DNA from: Escherichia phage vB_EcoS_PTXU06
Strand: one strand, 5' to 3'
Length of the DNA stretch: 45,904 nucleotides
Sequence record: NC_073064.1
The notes below the pieces were generated by a model, which was given only the letters and a program-made list of their open reading frames with translations, was not told the origin of the DNA and ran no database searches. A program made the position numbers and the translations under genes. Numbering within the stretch: the stretch's first letter is position 1; each line of letters starts with the position of its first letter. This document shows positions 1 through 9,548 of the stretch, piece after piece.

Positions 1-44
1 CAGCAGATAGCGATCAACTTTTTCATGCGCGTGATTAATATTGG

Positions 45-73
45 TTGCATTCAGCCCAGCACCCGGCTATATT
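45..73 (+). promoter_or_regulatory. candidate sigma70-like promoter (-35 TTGCAT 45-50, 17-bp spacer, -10 TATATT 68-73)
   Basis: Hexamers read directly; the -35 is embedded in the recurring ATTGGTTGCAT motif (40-50); lies upstream of the first ORF at 102. Confidence 0.35.
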
Positions 74-101
74 GGTCGCACACCGACATGAGGACTGAAC
101 G

Positions 102-407
102 ATGAGAGCATTAATCTGGAATTACACAATGTCTGTGGCTAAGCTGTACGAAGCAAAACACACAAACGGCAACGCAGACGACGCGCGCCAGGCTGTCATC
201 CTGGCCCAGCAGGGAATCATGAACGCGTTAGACAATATGTTTGCCAGCCTGGACGAACTGGAGCCGCTGCGCGTGGCAATCTGCGAATATGCGATGGCAT
301 TTGCCCGTGAGCGCCTGGCTTATCGCTTCGGAATCGGCGAGACGGCAGTGACAAACGTCGCCAGGATTAAATCCCAGCGCGAACTATTCGCCCAGCTTGC
401 TAAATAA
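102..407 (+). CDS. hypothetical protein
   Basis: 101-aa ORF downstream of the candidate promoter; no recognisable motif. Confidence 0.5.
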   Translation: MRALIWNYTMSVAKLYEAKHTNGNADDARQAVILAQQGIMNALDNMFASLDELEPLRVAICEYAMAFARERLAYRFGIGETAVTNVARIKSQRELFAQLAK

Positions 408-416
408 GGGGTCAAA

Positions 417-686
417 ATGGGGCGTAGACGAGCAAAACAGCTTTCGTGGCGTATCCCACTGCATTGCATACGAATATGGGCTAAGAATGCGAATGCGGGG
501 GATTCTGTGTACTGGTGCTATCGCGACGACGTAAAGCCGTTGACGCAGACTCGCTACTTGCACCAGTTCGCAGCACAACACGATTTCAGGGTGCGGACTT
601 CCTTGCAACCAATGGGGATCCGTATTACATTACGCCGGAAGCCCGCCATTGAGCGGGTAGGCAAACACTGGAGACTGAGCAAATGA
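417..686 (+). CDS. hypothetical protein
   Basis: 89-aa ORF; AAGGGG Shine-Dalgarno-like sequence just upstream of the ATG; tightly packed with neighbours. Confidence 0.45.
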   Translation: MGRRRAKQLSWRIPLHCIRIWAKNANAGDSVYWCYRDDVKPLTQTRYLHQFAAQHDFRVRTSLQPMGIRITLRRKPAIERVGKHWRLSK

Positions 687-835
687 CACCAATGCAAAGA
701 GCACTAATGGCGGGATTCTCGCAGAAGTTTATTTCAGTAGACGCCTGCATAGCTGATTATGAGATGGACAGCATCGCTACGGTATGCGATGGCGACTATA
801 AGACTGTTGACGAGATTGAGGAGACTGAGCAATGA
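683..835 (+). CDS. small hypothetical protein (50 aa)
   Basis: Below the ORF-track cutoff; ATGA stop/start overlap with both the upstream (686) and downstream (832) genes suggests translational coupling. Confidence 0.3.
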   Translation: MTPMQRALMAGFSQKFISVDACIADYEMDSIATVCDGDYKTVDEIEETEQ

Positions 836-1386
836 GATTACTATTCCGCCGCAAATCAGACGGGCGCATACTGAAGCCGATCCAGACCCTGGATTCCTAC
901 GTCCGCTTGCACCACGCGGCAAGCGATCGGGTATTCCGCGCATCGAAGGGCACATTGCCGCAGTTCTTCGAAGTCCTCACACACGATATCGAGCGGGGCG
1001 ATGTTCTGCGTGATATTCGCGACGGGCAATTGTGGGTCGTGGAGCACACCCACCGGCACGGCTTGCGGTTGAAGTCCGGAATCTTGCTAAAGGGTATGAC
1101 GTACTTCGGGCTAATCAACTACGAGCGCGTGGGCCGCAAATACAGCCTTCGCGAACGCCATCCGCATGAGCGCGTTGAGTTCCGCAAGTCACAGCCAGCC
1201 TATGCGACCTACGACGCGAGCAAAGTGATGGACCCGGTCCGCCAGGCGACGCATGAGATTATTAATCGCTTCGATGCCGTGACGAACGCACAGCGCCATG
1301 CGCAGGAATACGGCGTTGGATTCATCCGTGTCGAACCAGACGGCAGCATGAATGCCATCGACCCGCGCTCGGTGATTCTGAAATGA
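832..1386 (+). CDS. hypothetical protein
   Basis: 184-aa ORF in the same-strand gene train; no recognisable motif. Confidence 0.55.
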   Translation: MRLLFRRKSDGRILKPIQTLDSYVRLHHAASDRVFRASKGTLPQFFEVLTHDIERGDVLRDIRDGQLWVVEHTHRHGLRLKSGILLKGMTYFGLINYERVGRKYSLRERHPHERVEFRKSQPAYATYDASKVMDPVRQATHEIINRFDAVTNAQRHAQEYGVGFIRVEPDGSMNAIDPRSVILK

Positions 1387-1523
1387 GTGCGTCTATCCGT
1401 GATATGCTGATGCACAACCGCTTTGAGATCGGCGGTCGGGTGTTTCGCAATTACTTCGTGGCGCGTGCCTGGGCGCGCCATATTGGCAAACCAGAGGGGG
1501 CAATACGATGCTACACGATTTGA
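1383..1523 (+). CDS. small hypothetical protein (46 aa)
   Basis: ATGA overlap with the preceding gene fills an otherwise empty 120-bp gap; weak support. Confidence 0.2.
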   Translation: MSASIRDMLMHNRFEIGGRVFRNYFVARAWARHIGKPEGAIRCYTI

Positions 1524-1795
1524 TATATTGGTTTGGATTGGCCAGTTGGCTATGCTTGGTCACGGCAGGGCTTGGCGCGATATGGGTATTCCTGCTTTGG
1601 CCCGCGGTAGAAGCCGCCAGCATTACCCGCATGACGTTCCAGATATACAAGCGCCGTGGCATCACTGAGCACCCTACCAGGTTGCGCATGTGGTGGCTAT
1701 GGTATCGGGATATGATAGGGGGCAGGATGTTCGAGGCCGTCAGGTCGAGTGGATGGGAGTGGAAAGGCGTCGGCAAGTGGTCCATTTTCGATTAA
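1508..1795 (+). CDS. small membrane protein
   Basis: 95 aa; strong RBS (AGAGGGGG) 7 nt upstream; hydrophobic N-terminal segment (WFGLASWLCLVTAGLGAIWVFLLW). Confidence 0.5.
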   Translation: MLHDLIYWFGLASWLCLVTAGLGAIWVFLLWPAVEAASITRMTFQIYKRRGITEHPTRLRMWWLWYRDMIGGRMFEAVRSSGWEWKGVGKWSIFD

Positions 1796-1812
1796 GTATG
1801 CAAGCGTGATAT

Positions 1813-1847
1813 AGTCCCAGTGAGATAAAACTTACTGGGACTTTTTT
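1813..1847 (+). terminator. rho-independent terminator
   Basis: Inverted repeat AGTCCCAGT / ACTGGGACT followed by TTTTTT. Confidence 0.55.
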
Positions 1848-2138
1848 ATGGATAAGCTAAACGAGTGGTTATTCGCCCTTGCGTGTCTGGCGGGCGGCTT
1901 CGTAGGCGCGCGCATTCACGGCGAGGCTACGAAAGGGCCGCTAAACTTCGTTTTATATATCGTAGTTGGCTTCCTGTGTGCCATATTTGGTGCGCCAGCT
2001 ATCGCCGAGTGGGCGGGCTTATCGGGCGAGCGCACTGTCGCCGGTTTGGGCTTCGTAACTGCAATCTTCTGGATGCCAATAGCCGCCCGGATCAGGGAGA
2101 CTATTGAGTCGTTCCGACTTCCGGGGGGCGCAAAATGA
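1848..2138 (+). CDS. putative holin (multi-TM membrane protein)
   Basis: 96 aa with 2-3 hydrophobic helices; two genes upstream of a lysozyme. Confidence 0.45.
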   Translation: MDKLNEWLFALACLAGGFVGARIHGEATKGPLNFVLYIVVGFLCAIFGAPAIAEWAGLSGERTVAGLGFVTAIFWMPIAARIRETIESFRLPGGAK

Positions 2139-2380
2139 TTATCTCCGTCCTGTTGTTTGTTATCATTGGGGCTTCGTCCCTGTTTAACGTGTATGCGCCG
2201 TCCGTCCAGGATGGCATTTTAGGCCGGGTGTTATATCTGCTAACGGCGATGATCTGCGTTATCGGATTGTTGCAAACGGGAGACGTATCAGACACCACCT
2301 GGACCGCGTTAATCTGGCTGTTTGCATTGCGCACGCTGCGTAATGCTGTTTTGAATGGGGTAAAACATGCGATTCAGTGA
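2135..2380 (+). CDS. small membrane protein (holin/antiholin-like)
   Basis: 81 aa, three hydrophobic segments; ATGA-coupled to the upstream gene; directly precedes the lysozyme. Confidence 0.4.
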   Translation: MIISVLLFVIIGASSLFNVYAPSVQDGILGRVLYLLTAMICVIGLLQTGDVSDTTWTALIWLFALRTLRNAVLNGVKHAIQ

Positions 2381-2858
2381 CAACGGTCTAAGATTTACGG
2401 CAGCATGGGAGCAATTCAGCCCAGTGCCGTATTTCGCGACTAAGAAAGAGCAGGCCCGCGGCCTGTATACCTGGGGCTATGGTCACACCGGCACTAATCC
2501 GCCGCGGAGCATTACCCGTGCGGAAGCACTGGAGCTACTCAAGCGCGACGTGGCGTATGCCGAAAACTGGGTGAACAAGTACGCACACCCGAGCATCAAT
2601 CAGGCGCAATTCGACGCGCTGGTGGACCTGGTTATCAATGCTGGTCCAGGTCCGATCATGCCGGACGACGTCGCGGGTGATTTCGACGATGCGATCCGCC
2701 TGGGTGACTGGGCGAAGGTCCGTGCTATTCTGCCACAGTTCCGCAAGCAAGGCGGGGAAGTGCTTAAGGGACTTGTCCGTCGAGCAATAGGCAGGCAAGC
2801 GCTATTCGATGGAAAGCAGTGGGACGTCGCCGAGAAGATCGGACGTAACGCAGCATAA
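2367..2858 (+). CDS. endolysin, lysozyme (GH24 / T4-lysozyme-like fold)
   Basis: 163 aa; WEQF...TWGYGHTG arrangement resembles the catalytic Glu and downstream TxGxGH region of phage lysozymes. Confidence 0.7.
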   Translation: MRFSDNGLRFTAAWEQFSPVPYFATKKEQARGLYTWGYGHTGTNPPRSITRAEALELLKRDVAYAENWVNKYAHPSINQAQFDALVDLVINAGPGPIMPDDVAGDFDDAIRLGDWAKVRAILPQFRKQGGEVLKGLVRRAIGRQALFDGKQWDVAEKIGRNAA

Positions 2859-2874
2859 TACGAGGGGACACAGT

Positions 2875-3288
2875 ATGTTAAAAAGTATTCTTGATCATAA
2901 CGCCGACGCGCTCGCCGCGCTGGCTAAAACCGAAGACCCCGGCGCACGCGCGATTGTAGCGGATACGATCAGCCATGCGGGGGTCTTCGACGCGAAGCTG
3001 CCTCGCCCGCCGGAAAGTAAGCCGGTGACAAGCGCCACCGTAACCATCACACCGGAATCCGCCGCAGTTGGTGCGAAGGCCACCGCTTCGGTTGAGGTCC
3101 AGCCACCCGACGCGACTAACAAGGCCGGGAAGTGGGTGTCGTCGAATCCCGCCTGCGCGGCAATCGATCAGACTACCGGCGAAATCACAGCCCAAACGGC
3201 GGGTAGCGCCCACATCTTTTGGGTGGCCTCAGATGGTAGCGGGGCGATGGCGTCCGCCATCTTCACCGTAACGGGGGCGGAAGAATAA
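2875..3288 (+). CDS. Ig-like (Big_2-type) domain protein
   Basis: Start taken at the ATG with GAGGGG RBS (the track ORF begins at 2809 inside the lysozyme); sequence TVTITPESAAVGAKATASVEV...WVSSNPACAAIDQTTGEITAQTAGSAHIFW resembles bacterial Ig-like group 2 domains. Confidence 0.45.
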   Translation: MLKSILDHNADALAALAKTEDPGARAIVADTISHAGVFDAKLPRPPESKPVTSATVTITPESAAVGAKATASVEVQPPDATNKAGKWVSSNPACAAIDQTTGEITAQTAGSAHIFWVASDGSGAMASAIFTVTGAEE

Positions 3289-3294
3289 ATCTAC

Positions 3295-3321
3295 AAGCCC
3301 GGTTAATTCCGGGCTTTTTAT
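3295..3321 (+). terminator. rho-independent terminator
   Basis: AAGCCCGG-TTAATT-CCGGGCTT hairpin followed by a T-run. Confidence 0.6.
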
Positions 3322-3324
3322 TGC

Positions 3325-3354
3325 TTGACTTGCAACCAACATAGAGGCCATACT
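3325..3354 (+). promoter_or_regulatory. candidate promoter (-35 TTGACT, 18-bp spacer, -10 CATACT) abutting a TGCAACCAA motif
   Basis: Read directly; sits between the terminator and the next gene block. Confidence 0.3.
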
Positions 3355-3384
3355 GCGACCAATCAACGAGAGGAGTATTACACT

Positions 3385-3465
3385 ATGGCACGTAATGATA
3401 TTTGGGTATTGGCAATCTGGTCCGCCGCGGGATTTATCGGTATGGTTATTTGCGAATTGCTATAA
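3385..3465 (+). CDS. small hydrophobic peptide (26 aa)
   Basis: Strong AGAGGAG RBS about 8 nt upstream of the ATG; peptide MARNDIWVLAIWSAAGFIGMVICELL is mostly one hydrophobic helix; below the ORF-track cutoff. Confidence 0.25.
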   Translation: MARNDIWVLAIWSAAGFIGMVICELL

Positions 3466-3517
3466 CCCGCCGCAATAGGGACCGTGGTATATTGTCCTCG
3501 GTCCCATAATCAGGAAG

Positions 3518-4669
3518 TTGATTAATATGCACCCGCAAACTAAAATCACCGACGAGCAATTGATCGCCGAGTTGCAATCCGGCACTACCGCGAAAGAGAT
3601 TGCGAAGAAGTACGGCCTTTCCCTACGAAACGTCTACATGCGCAAAGCCCGCCTGTCGAAGAAAGGTATTGGTCACGGCAACGATGCCGTAATCCGTAAG
3701 CGCGTTGCCGATGGCTTCGGCGTTAAGCGCGTATCCGCCCTGGTACGCGGCAATGGCGAAGAGGTCATGTCGTGGGTTATCACTGAGCAGGACAAAGAGC
3801 GCCAGCTTGAAGCAATGCGCGCCGTTGTCGATGGTATGAACAGCGAAATCACACCGGCAGCACCCGTAAGCGCCCCGCCAGTCCCGATCCAGGCGCTCGA
3901 CCTGCTCAACCTGTACACCGTGTCCGACTTCCACCTGGGCATGTTGGCCTGGGGCGAGGAGACTGGCGAAGACTGGGATATGGCGATTGCCGAAGACCTG
4001 TTCTACCGCTGGTTTGTCGAAGCCTTCGCACGCGCACCGGACGCAGGCACTGCCGTAATTAATATCCTCGGTGATATGGCACACTTTGATAGCCTCGATG
4101 CCGTCACACCTGCCAGCGGTCACGTACTGGACGCGGATACCCGCTACCAGAAGCTGGTCCGCTACATGATTCGCATGGTGCGCAACGTGGTGGAACTGGC
4201 GCTGCAAAAACACCACAAAGTCAAACTGCTAATCGTCCAGGGGAATCATGATGAGTCGGGCATGATTTGGCTGGCTGAAATGTTCAATACTCTGTACGAG
4301 AACGAGCCACGCGTCGAGGTGGACACATCCCCAGATGTGTACAAAATGGTGCAGCACGGTAAAACAACGCTGTTCTTCCACCACGGGCACAAAGCACGTT
4401 TTGACGCTATTGAAACCGTCATGATTTCCAAATTCAGACAAGCGTTCGGATCCAGCGAGTACAGCTACGCGCATGTAGGCCACTTGCACCACCAGAAGAT
4501 TGTAGAATCCCGCAACATGATTGTTGAACAGCACCGGACCCTCGCCGCGAAAGACGCATATGCCAGCCGCGGCGGTTGGATGTCCGGTCGTAGCGCCAAC
4601 GTAATCACCTATAGCGCCAACTACGGCGAAGTAGCGCGCTTAACCATTAGCCTGGAAATGTTGAAATGA
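3518..4669 (+). CDS. HTH domain + calcineurin-like metallophosphoesterase
   Basis: N-terminal HTH-like segment (TAKEIAKKYGLSLRNVYMRKARL); ordered phosphoesterase motifs DFH, GDMAHFD, GNHDE, HHGH, GHLHH. Confidence 0.6.
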   Translation: MINMHPQTKITDEQLIAELQSGTTAKEIAKKYGLSLRNVYMRKARLSKKGIGHGNDAVIRKRVADGFGVKRVSALVRGNGEEVMSWVITEQDKERQLEAMRAVVDGMNSEITPAAPVSAPPVPIQALDLLNLYTVSDFHLGMLAWGEETGEDWDMAIAEDLFYRWFVEAFARAPDAGTAVINILGDMAHFDSLDAVTPASGHVLDADTRYQKLVRYMIRMVRNVVELALQKHHKVKLLIVQGNHDESGMIWLAEMFNTLYENEPRVEVDTSPDVYKMVQHGKTTLFFHHGHKARFDAIETVMISKFRQAFGSSEYSYAHVGHLHHQKIVESRNMIVEQHRTLAAKDAYASRGGWMSGRSANVITYSANYGEVARLTISLEMLK

Positions 4670-4923
4670 TTAGACAAGTATTCATGAGCACGCAGGCCGC
4701 ACGCCTGAAAGAACTACGCAAACAACTGGAAGGATTGCGTCGATTCGAACGAACGGCAGCGGCAATCGGCATGTCTATCAGCGAGCGGATCGAGATACTA
4801 TCGCAAATACGCTACACAGAAGGCGCTATACGCGAAGTAGAAAGCATGTTAACCGATACTACGGTCGCGCCGTTTAACCCTCCTAGCCTGCCGATTTGGT
4901 GGGCTTTTTTGTGCCTGTTATAA
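4666..4923 (+). CDS. hypothetical protein
   Basis: 85 aa; ATGA overlap with the upstream gene. Confidence 0.45.
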   Translation: MIRQVFMSTQAARLKELRKQLEGLRRFERTAAAIGMSISERIEILSQIRYTEGAIREVESMLTDTTVAPFNPPSLPIWWAFLCLL

Positions 4924-4993
4924 TCCCCTTAGATGGCAGGGCCGTCTCCTATGTTGCCGATGGTCGGCGCATATGCACAAAAGGGCTTATATC

Positions 4994-5545
4994 ATGGCAG
5001 AAATTAAAGTTAAAGGCCGTCGCGCTAAACTGGACGGACGAGTAGCAGTTACCCCGCGCCGTAAACCAGGCGAGCAAACCGAGCATACCAATCTCGGACC
5101 TGAAATCGAGTACGGAAAGCGCCGTAAAGGCGGCAAATGTGGACGCCCTACTGACTACCGATCCGTTTACTGCGACCAGCTTCGCCGCTATTTTGCCGAC
5201 GCCGACGCCTGGCAGGTAAACTACTCCGATAAAGGCGCTGCGCAAGTAATCCCCCGCAACAAAATGCCAACCTTCGGTCGATTTGCCGCGGAAATCGGCG
5301 TGGGCGTAGCTTGCCTGTATCGCTGGGCGCGTGCGCATGAGGAGTTCGCCGAGGCGATGGCGGACGCTATGGAGTTGCAGAAAACTTTCCTGATGGAAGC
5401 TGGCGGCGTGACCATCGCGGCGGGCTTCGCTACCTTCCTGCTTAAAGCCAACCACGGCGTCCGGGACGACGTACCGCTGGATGACGACGAAGATGATAAC
5501 GGCGACGTCGTTGTGGAACCTACCGGCAAAGGCCAGGGTGATTAA
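4994..5545 (+). CDS. putative terminase small subunit
   Basis: Immediately upstream of and overlapping the large terminase; basic N-terminus; start at 4994 has the better RBS (track start 4973). Confidence 0.5.
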   Translation: MAEIKVKGRRAKLDGRVAVTPRRKPGEQTEHTNLGPEIEYGKRRKGGKCGRPTDYRSVYCDQLRRYFADADAWQVNYSDKGAAQVIPRNKMPTFGRFAAEIGVGVACLYRWARAHEEFAEAMADAMELQKTFLMEAGGVTIAAGFATFLLKANHGVRDDVPLDDDEDDNGDVVVEPTGKGQGD

Positions 5546-6930
5546 TGCGTAACTATGCGGCAGAACATCGCGCCCTTGAACGAGCGATCGCAAAGCGAAA
5601 CCGACCGCCGCGCCCGACACGCGTTGCGCAGGCCGTCCGCCTTTACCAGCCTGATTGCTTGCCGCACCAGGTTGAACTACTGCGCGACACGAAGACTAAA
5701 ATCCTCGGCCTGTGTTCCGGCTTCGGTGGCGGCAAGTCATGGGTTGCGGCGCGAAAGGTCATCCAGCTTTTAACACTGAACCCCGGTCATGATGGCATCG
5801 TGACAGAACCGACTATTCCACTTCTGGTCAAAATCATGTACCCGGAATTGGAAAAGGCATTCGACGAGGCGGGCTTCCGGTGGAAGTTCAATAAGCAGGA
5901 CAAGATTTATAGCGTGCTGGTGAAAGGCAAGTGGACGCGCGTAATCTGTGAGTCAATGGAGAACTACACCCGCCTTATCGGGGTTAACGCCGCATGGATT
6001 GTTGCCGACGAGTTCGACACCACGAAACAAGACGTCGCAATGGCGGCATATCACAAATTGCTTGGTCGTCTGCGTGCGGGCTTTGTCCGCCAGTTCGTCA
6101 TCGTGTCCACGCCTGAAGGCTTCCGGGCGATGTACCAGATTTTCGAAGTGGAGAAAGACAGCCAGAAGCGTTTGATCCGGGCGAAGACTACCGATAATCA
6201 CCACTTACCGGCAGACTTTATTGACACGCTGCGCAGCCAGTACCCGGCTAACCTGATTGACGCGTACTTGAACGGCCTGTTTGTAAACCTTACGTCTGGC
6301 GCGGTTTACAAGATGTTCAATCGTGAGGAGAACGCCAGCACCGAAGAAGTGCAACCGGACGACACGCTGATTATCGGTATGGACTTTAACGTCACGAAAA
6401 TGGCGGCGGTTGTGTACGTCAGACGGCAGCGCATCACCGAGAACAAGGAGTTCCGCGACGAGATCCACGCAGTGGATGAATTTGTGGACCTGTTTGATAC
6501 CCCGGCTATGATTGAGGCGATCGAGGAGCGCTACCCCGATCATTGTGCTGCCGGTAGGGTCGTCGTTTACCCGGATAGCAGCGGAAAATCCCGCAAAACG
6601 GTCAACGCGTCGTCGTCCGATATCGCGCAACTGGAAGATGCGGGCTTTGAGGTGGAATACGACAGCGTTAACCCGCCTGTGAAAGATCGATTGATCGCGA
6701 TGAATACGATGATGTGCAACTCGAAGGGCGTGCGCCAGTATTTTGTCAACCTGGATAAATGCCCTACACTAGCGAAATGTCTGGAACAGCAGGTTTACGA
6801 CCTGAAGAAAGGCGAGCCGGATAAAACCGCCGGTGTGGACCACATGAACGATGCCGCGGGCTATCCAATTGCGCACCTGTTCCCAGTGATTCGCCCAATC
6901 GCCGTTGTTCCAACTGTAGACTTCTACTAA
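5545..6930 (+). CDS. terminase large subunit
   Basis: 461 aa; P-loop GFGGGKS, Walker-B-like WIVADEFD, C-terminal nuclease-like acidic residues; followed by portal. Confidence 0.85.
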   Translation: MRNYAAEHRALERAIAKRNRPPRPTRVAQAVRLYQPDCLPHQVELLRDTKTKILGLCSGFGGGKSWVAARKVIQLLTLNPGHDGIVTEPTIPLLVKIMYPELEKAFDEAGFRWKFNKQDKIYSVLVKGKWTRVICESMENYTRLIGVNAAWIVADEFDTTKQDVAMAAYHKLLGRLRAGFVRQFVIVSTPEGFRAMYQIFEVEKDSQKRLIRAKTTDNHHLPADFIDTLRSQYPANLIDAYLNGLFVNLTSGAVYKMFNREENASTEEVQPDDTLIIGMDFNVTKMAAVVYVRRQRITENKEFRDEIHAVDEFVDLFDTPAMIEAIEERYPDHCAAGRVVVYPDSSGKSRKTVNASSSDIAQLEDAGFEVEYDSVNPPVKDRLIAMNTMMCNSKGVRQYFVNLDKCPTLAKCLEQQVYDLKKGEPDKTAGVDHMNDAAGYPIAHLFPVIRPIAVVPTVDFY

Positions 6931-6940
6931 GGAAACGACC

Positions 6941-8461
6941 ATGACCGTTAACGTTGACAACCAGCACCCACTCTATGCGCGCATCGCGCCAGAGTGGAAG
7001 ATGATCCGCGATTGTGTAGCAGGTGAGCGCGCCGTGAAGGCGTGCGGCCCCTTGTACCTGCCTCATCCCGCCAGTGGCGACAATACTGACCCGAAAGCAC
7101 GGGCGCGGTATAAGGCGTACAAGCAACGCGCTGTATTCCTGAACGCCACCGCCCGCACACTTAACGCGCTGTTAGGCGTTGCCTTTGCTAAACCGGTAAG
7201 TCTGGACCTTTCCGGGGCGATGGCTGACCTGATTGACGACGTAGACGGCAGTGGTATGCCGCTGCCGCAACTCCTGCGCGGTGCTATGTCTGAAGTTCTG
7301 CAATCAGGCCGTGCGGGCTTTATGGTCGACTACGACCGCCAGGCGCATTTTGATGAACTGGGTAACGTAGTTCCGCAGACAGCCGCCGAGATGGCGTCAC
7401 ACCGCCCGCTTATCCGCCTGTACACGGCAGAACAGATCATCAACTGGCGGCAGACCCACGGCGTCGATACGCTAATTGTGCTGAAGGAAACGGACGAAAT
7501 CAGCACCGAAGACCCGGACGACTTCGCAAACCACGAAGTAACAATCTGGACCGAGCTTCGCATGGTTAACGGTGCGGCACACGCCCGCCGCTGGTTTTAT
7601 AACGCGGACACGTCCGAGGTGAAAATGGACTTGCCGCGGGGATTTACCCGCACCGACCTTGTGCCGCTGGTGGATGCCTCCGGTAATGCGCTTACACAAC
7701 TTCCGTTTTGCTGGTGTGGTGCTGTGGACAACAACGCGACGCCGGACGCCGCGCCGCTGGCAGATATCGCATCCATCAACATTAAGCACTACAACGCCGA
7801 AGCGGACGTCGCCGAGATTGCGCACATCGTGGGTCAACCTACTCTGGTGGCAACGGGCTTGACTCAATCATGGGCGGACAAAAACCTGAAGGGTGGCATT
7901 GCCCTCGGTGCGACTAAGGGCGTTATCCTGGGCCAGAACATGGACGCTAAACTGATCCAGGCCGAGGAGCGCAACTTGTCTGTTGCACTGTGTGAGCGAC
8001 GCGAATTGCAAATGGCTAAACTAGGCGCGGCCCTGGTTGAGAAGGGGACCGCACCTAAGACGGCAACAGAGGCGGCCTACGATGCGCAGACTGATAACAG
8101 CATCCTGTCGCTTATTGCCGGTAACGTTGAGAAGGCTTTCAACCGTGCGCTGCAAATCGTGCAGCTTTTCACTGGTGACACCGCCGACCAGCGTGTGACG
8201 CTGAATAAGTTCTACACCGAAATCACGGTTGATGCGCAGCTTATGACCGCGATGATGTCGGGTGTGCAGACTGGCACGGTCCGCCTGGCCGATTTCATCA
8301 AGTGGATGATGGCGCAGGGCGTCATCGACGACTCGCAAACCGTCGAGCAGGTGGAAGACGAATTGCGAAATCAGAATCCATTGCCTCAAATGTCCCCTGA
8401 TGCGGTAGAATCTACCGAAGAAGACCCGGACAAGGTAGCGGACAATGGCGAAGACAATTAA
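6941..8461 (+). CDS. portal protein
   Basis: 506 aa directly after the large terminase; acidic C-terminal tail; size and position typical. Confidence 0.7.
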   Translation: MTVNVDNQHPLYARIAPEWKMIRDCVAGERAVKACGPLYLPHPASGDNTDPKARARYKAYKQRAVFLNATARTLNALLGVAFAKPVSLDLSGAMADLIDDVDGSGMPLPQLLRGAMSEVLQSGRAGFMVDYDRQAHFDELGNVVPQTAAEMASHRPLIRLYTAEQIINWRQTHGVDTLIVLKETDEISTEDPDDFANHEVTIWTELRMVNGAAHARRWFYNADTSEVKMDLPRGFTRTDLVPLVDASGNALTQLPFCWCGAVDNNATPDAAPLADIASINIKHYNAEADVAEIAHIVGQPTLVATGLTQSWADKNLKGGIALGATKGVILGQNMDAKLIQAEERNLSVALCERRELQMAKLGAALVEKGTAPKTATEAAYDAQTDNSILSLIAGNVEKAFNRALQIVQLFTGDTADQRVTLNKFYTEITVDAQLMTAMMSGVQTGTVRLADFIKWMMAQGVIDDSQTVEQVEDELRNQNPLPQMSPDAVESTEEDPDKVADNGEDN

Positions 8462-9548
8462 TCAATATTTGGCGGATCGAATGATCCGCCGTCACATCTT
8501 CACCCAACGCCTGAGCAATGACCAGGCGCGAAGGGTGCTGGCTATGTGGGAGAAGTTCCGCCCCGCTTTACTGGGTAAGTTGACCGAGCTACTAGATGGT
8601 AAAAAGTCCATGAGCAACAAGGCACTTACCACACTGTTAACGCAACTAGACAAGACCGTCAAAACGGAACTGCGCGCCGAGTTTAAAGTGCTGGCGGAGA
8701 GCCTTCAGGAGTTCGCCGACACCGAGGCTGATTATCTCGCTGACACACTAACGGCAGCGATCCAGCCCGCTGTCGCCGTACCCGCTGTTGAAGTAGTTGG
8801 CGTTGTTACCGGCGCGCAGATTGCAGCGACTGCAGTGAAAAACCCGTTCCAGGGTAACACCATGATGCAATGGCCTGACTCACTTTCCGAGTGGACCAGG
8901 ACGCAGATCGGCAATCAGGTGCGCGCTGGATTCATCCAGGGCAAGCCGACTATGGAAATTATTGCGGACGTGAGGCGCGCGCTAGGCGGTCGTAGTGCGC
9001 AAGCAATCTCAAGCGTTGTTAAGTCCGCGGTCAACCACTATGCGGCGACCGCCCGCGAATTAATGGTAAAAGCTAATGATGATATTCTCGAAGGTCGCCA
9101 ATGGTTGGCTACATTGGACACGCATACTTCTCCCATGTGCCAGCTACGCGATCGCCTGTTTTATCCGGTTGCTGTTACTCCCGACACCAAAGGCAAGCGC
9201 GGCGGGAAAGTGGTGGCGGGATCACAATATGGCGCTGGTCCGGGCAAGCTGCATTATTGCTGCCGTTCGACGGAGACGTGGAAAGTCAAAGGTATGGAAG
9301 ATTGGCCCAGTGGTAAGCGTCCGGCACTGAAGGCTGACGCAGGCAGGTTGCTGAGTGAGCAGGTCGACGCGCAGACTGATTTCTTCTCCTGGGTGCAGCG
9401 CCAGCCGCGCCATATTCTGGAGGAATTATATGGGGTGCAACGCGCCGACCAGATTATGCGCGGCGTGAAAGTGCCGAAGATGTTTACCGATTCTGGCGAA
9501 CTGATGACTATTGCACAGCTTAAAAACCGGGGGTTATGGCGTGATTAA
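8445..9548 (+). CDS. head morphogenesis / minor head protein
   Basis: 367 aa directly after portal; positional call. Confidence 0.5.
   Translation: MAKTINQYLADRMIRRHIFTQRLSNDQARRVLAMWEKFRPALLGKLTELLDGKKSMSNKALTTLLTQLDKTVKTELRAEFKVLAESLQEFADTEADYLADTLTAAIQPAVAVPAVEVVGVVTGAQIAATAVKNPFQGNTMMQWPDSLSEWTRTQIGNQVRAGFIQGKPTMEIIADVRRALGGRSAQAISSVVKSAVNHYAATARELMVKANDDILEGRQWLATLDTHTSPMCQLRDRLFYPVAVTPDTKGKRGGKVVAGSQYGAGPGKLHYCCRSTETWKVKGMEDWPSGKRPALKADAGRLLSEQVDAQTDFFSWVQRQPRHILEELYGVQRADQIMRGVKVPKMFTDSGELMTIAQLKNRGLWRD

Noticed and set aside
4949-5620. 223-aa minus-strand ORF across the terminase small subunit
   Set aside because: Antisense to a tightly packed plus-strand operon; no RBS; low-complexity translation.
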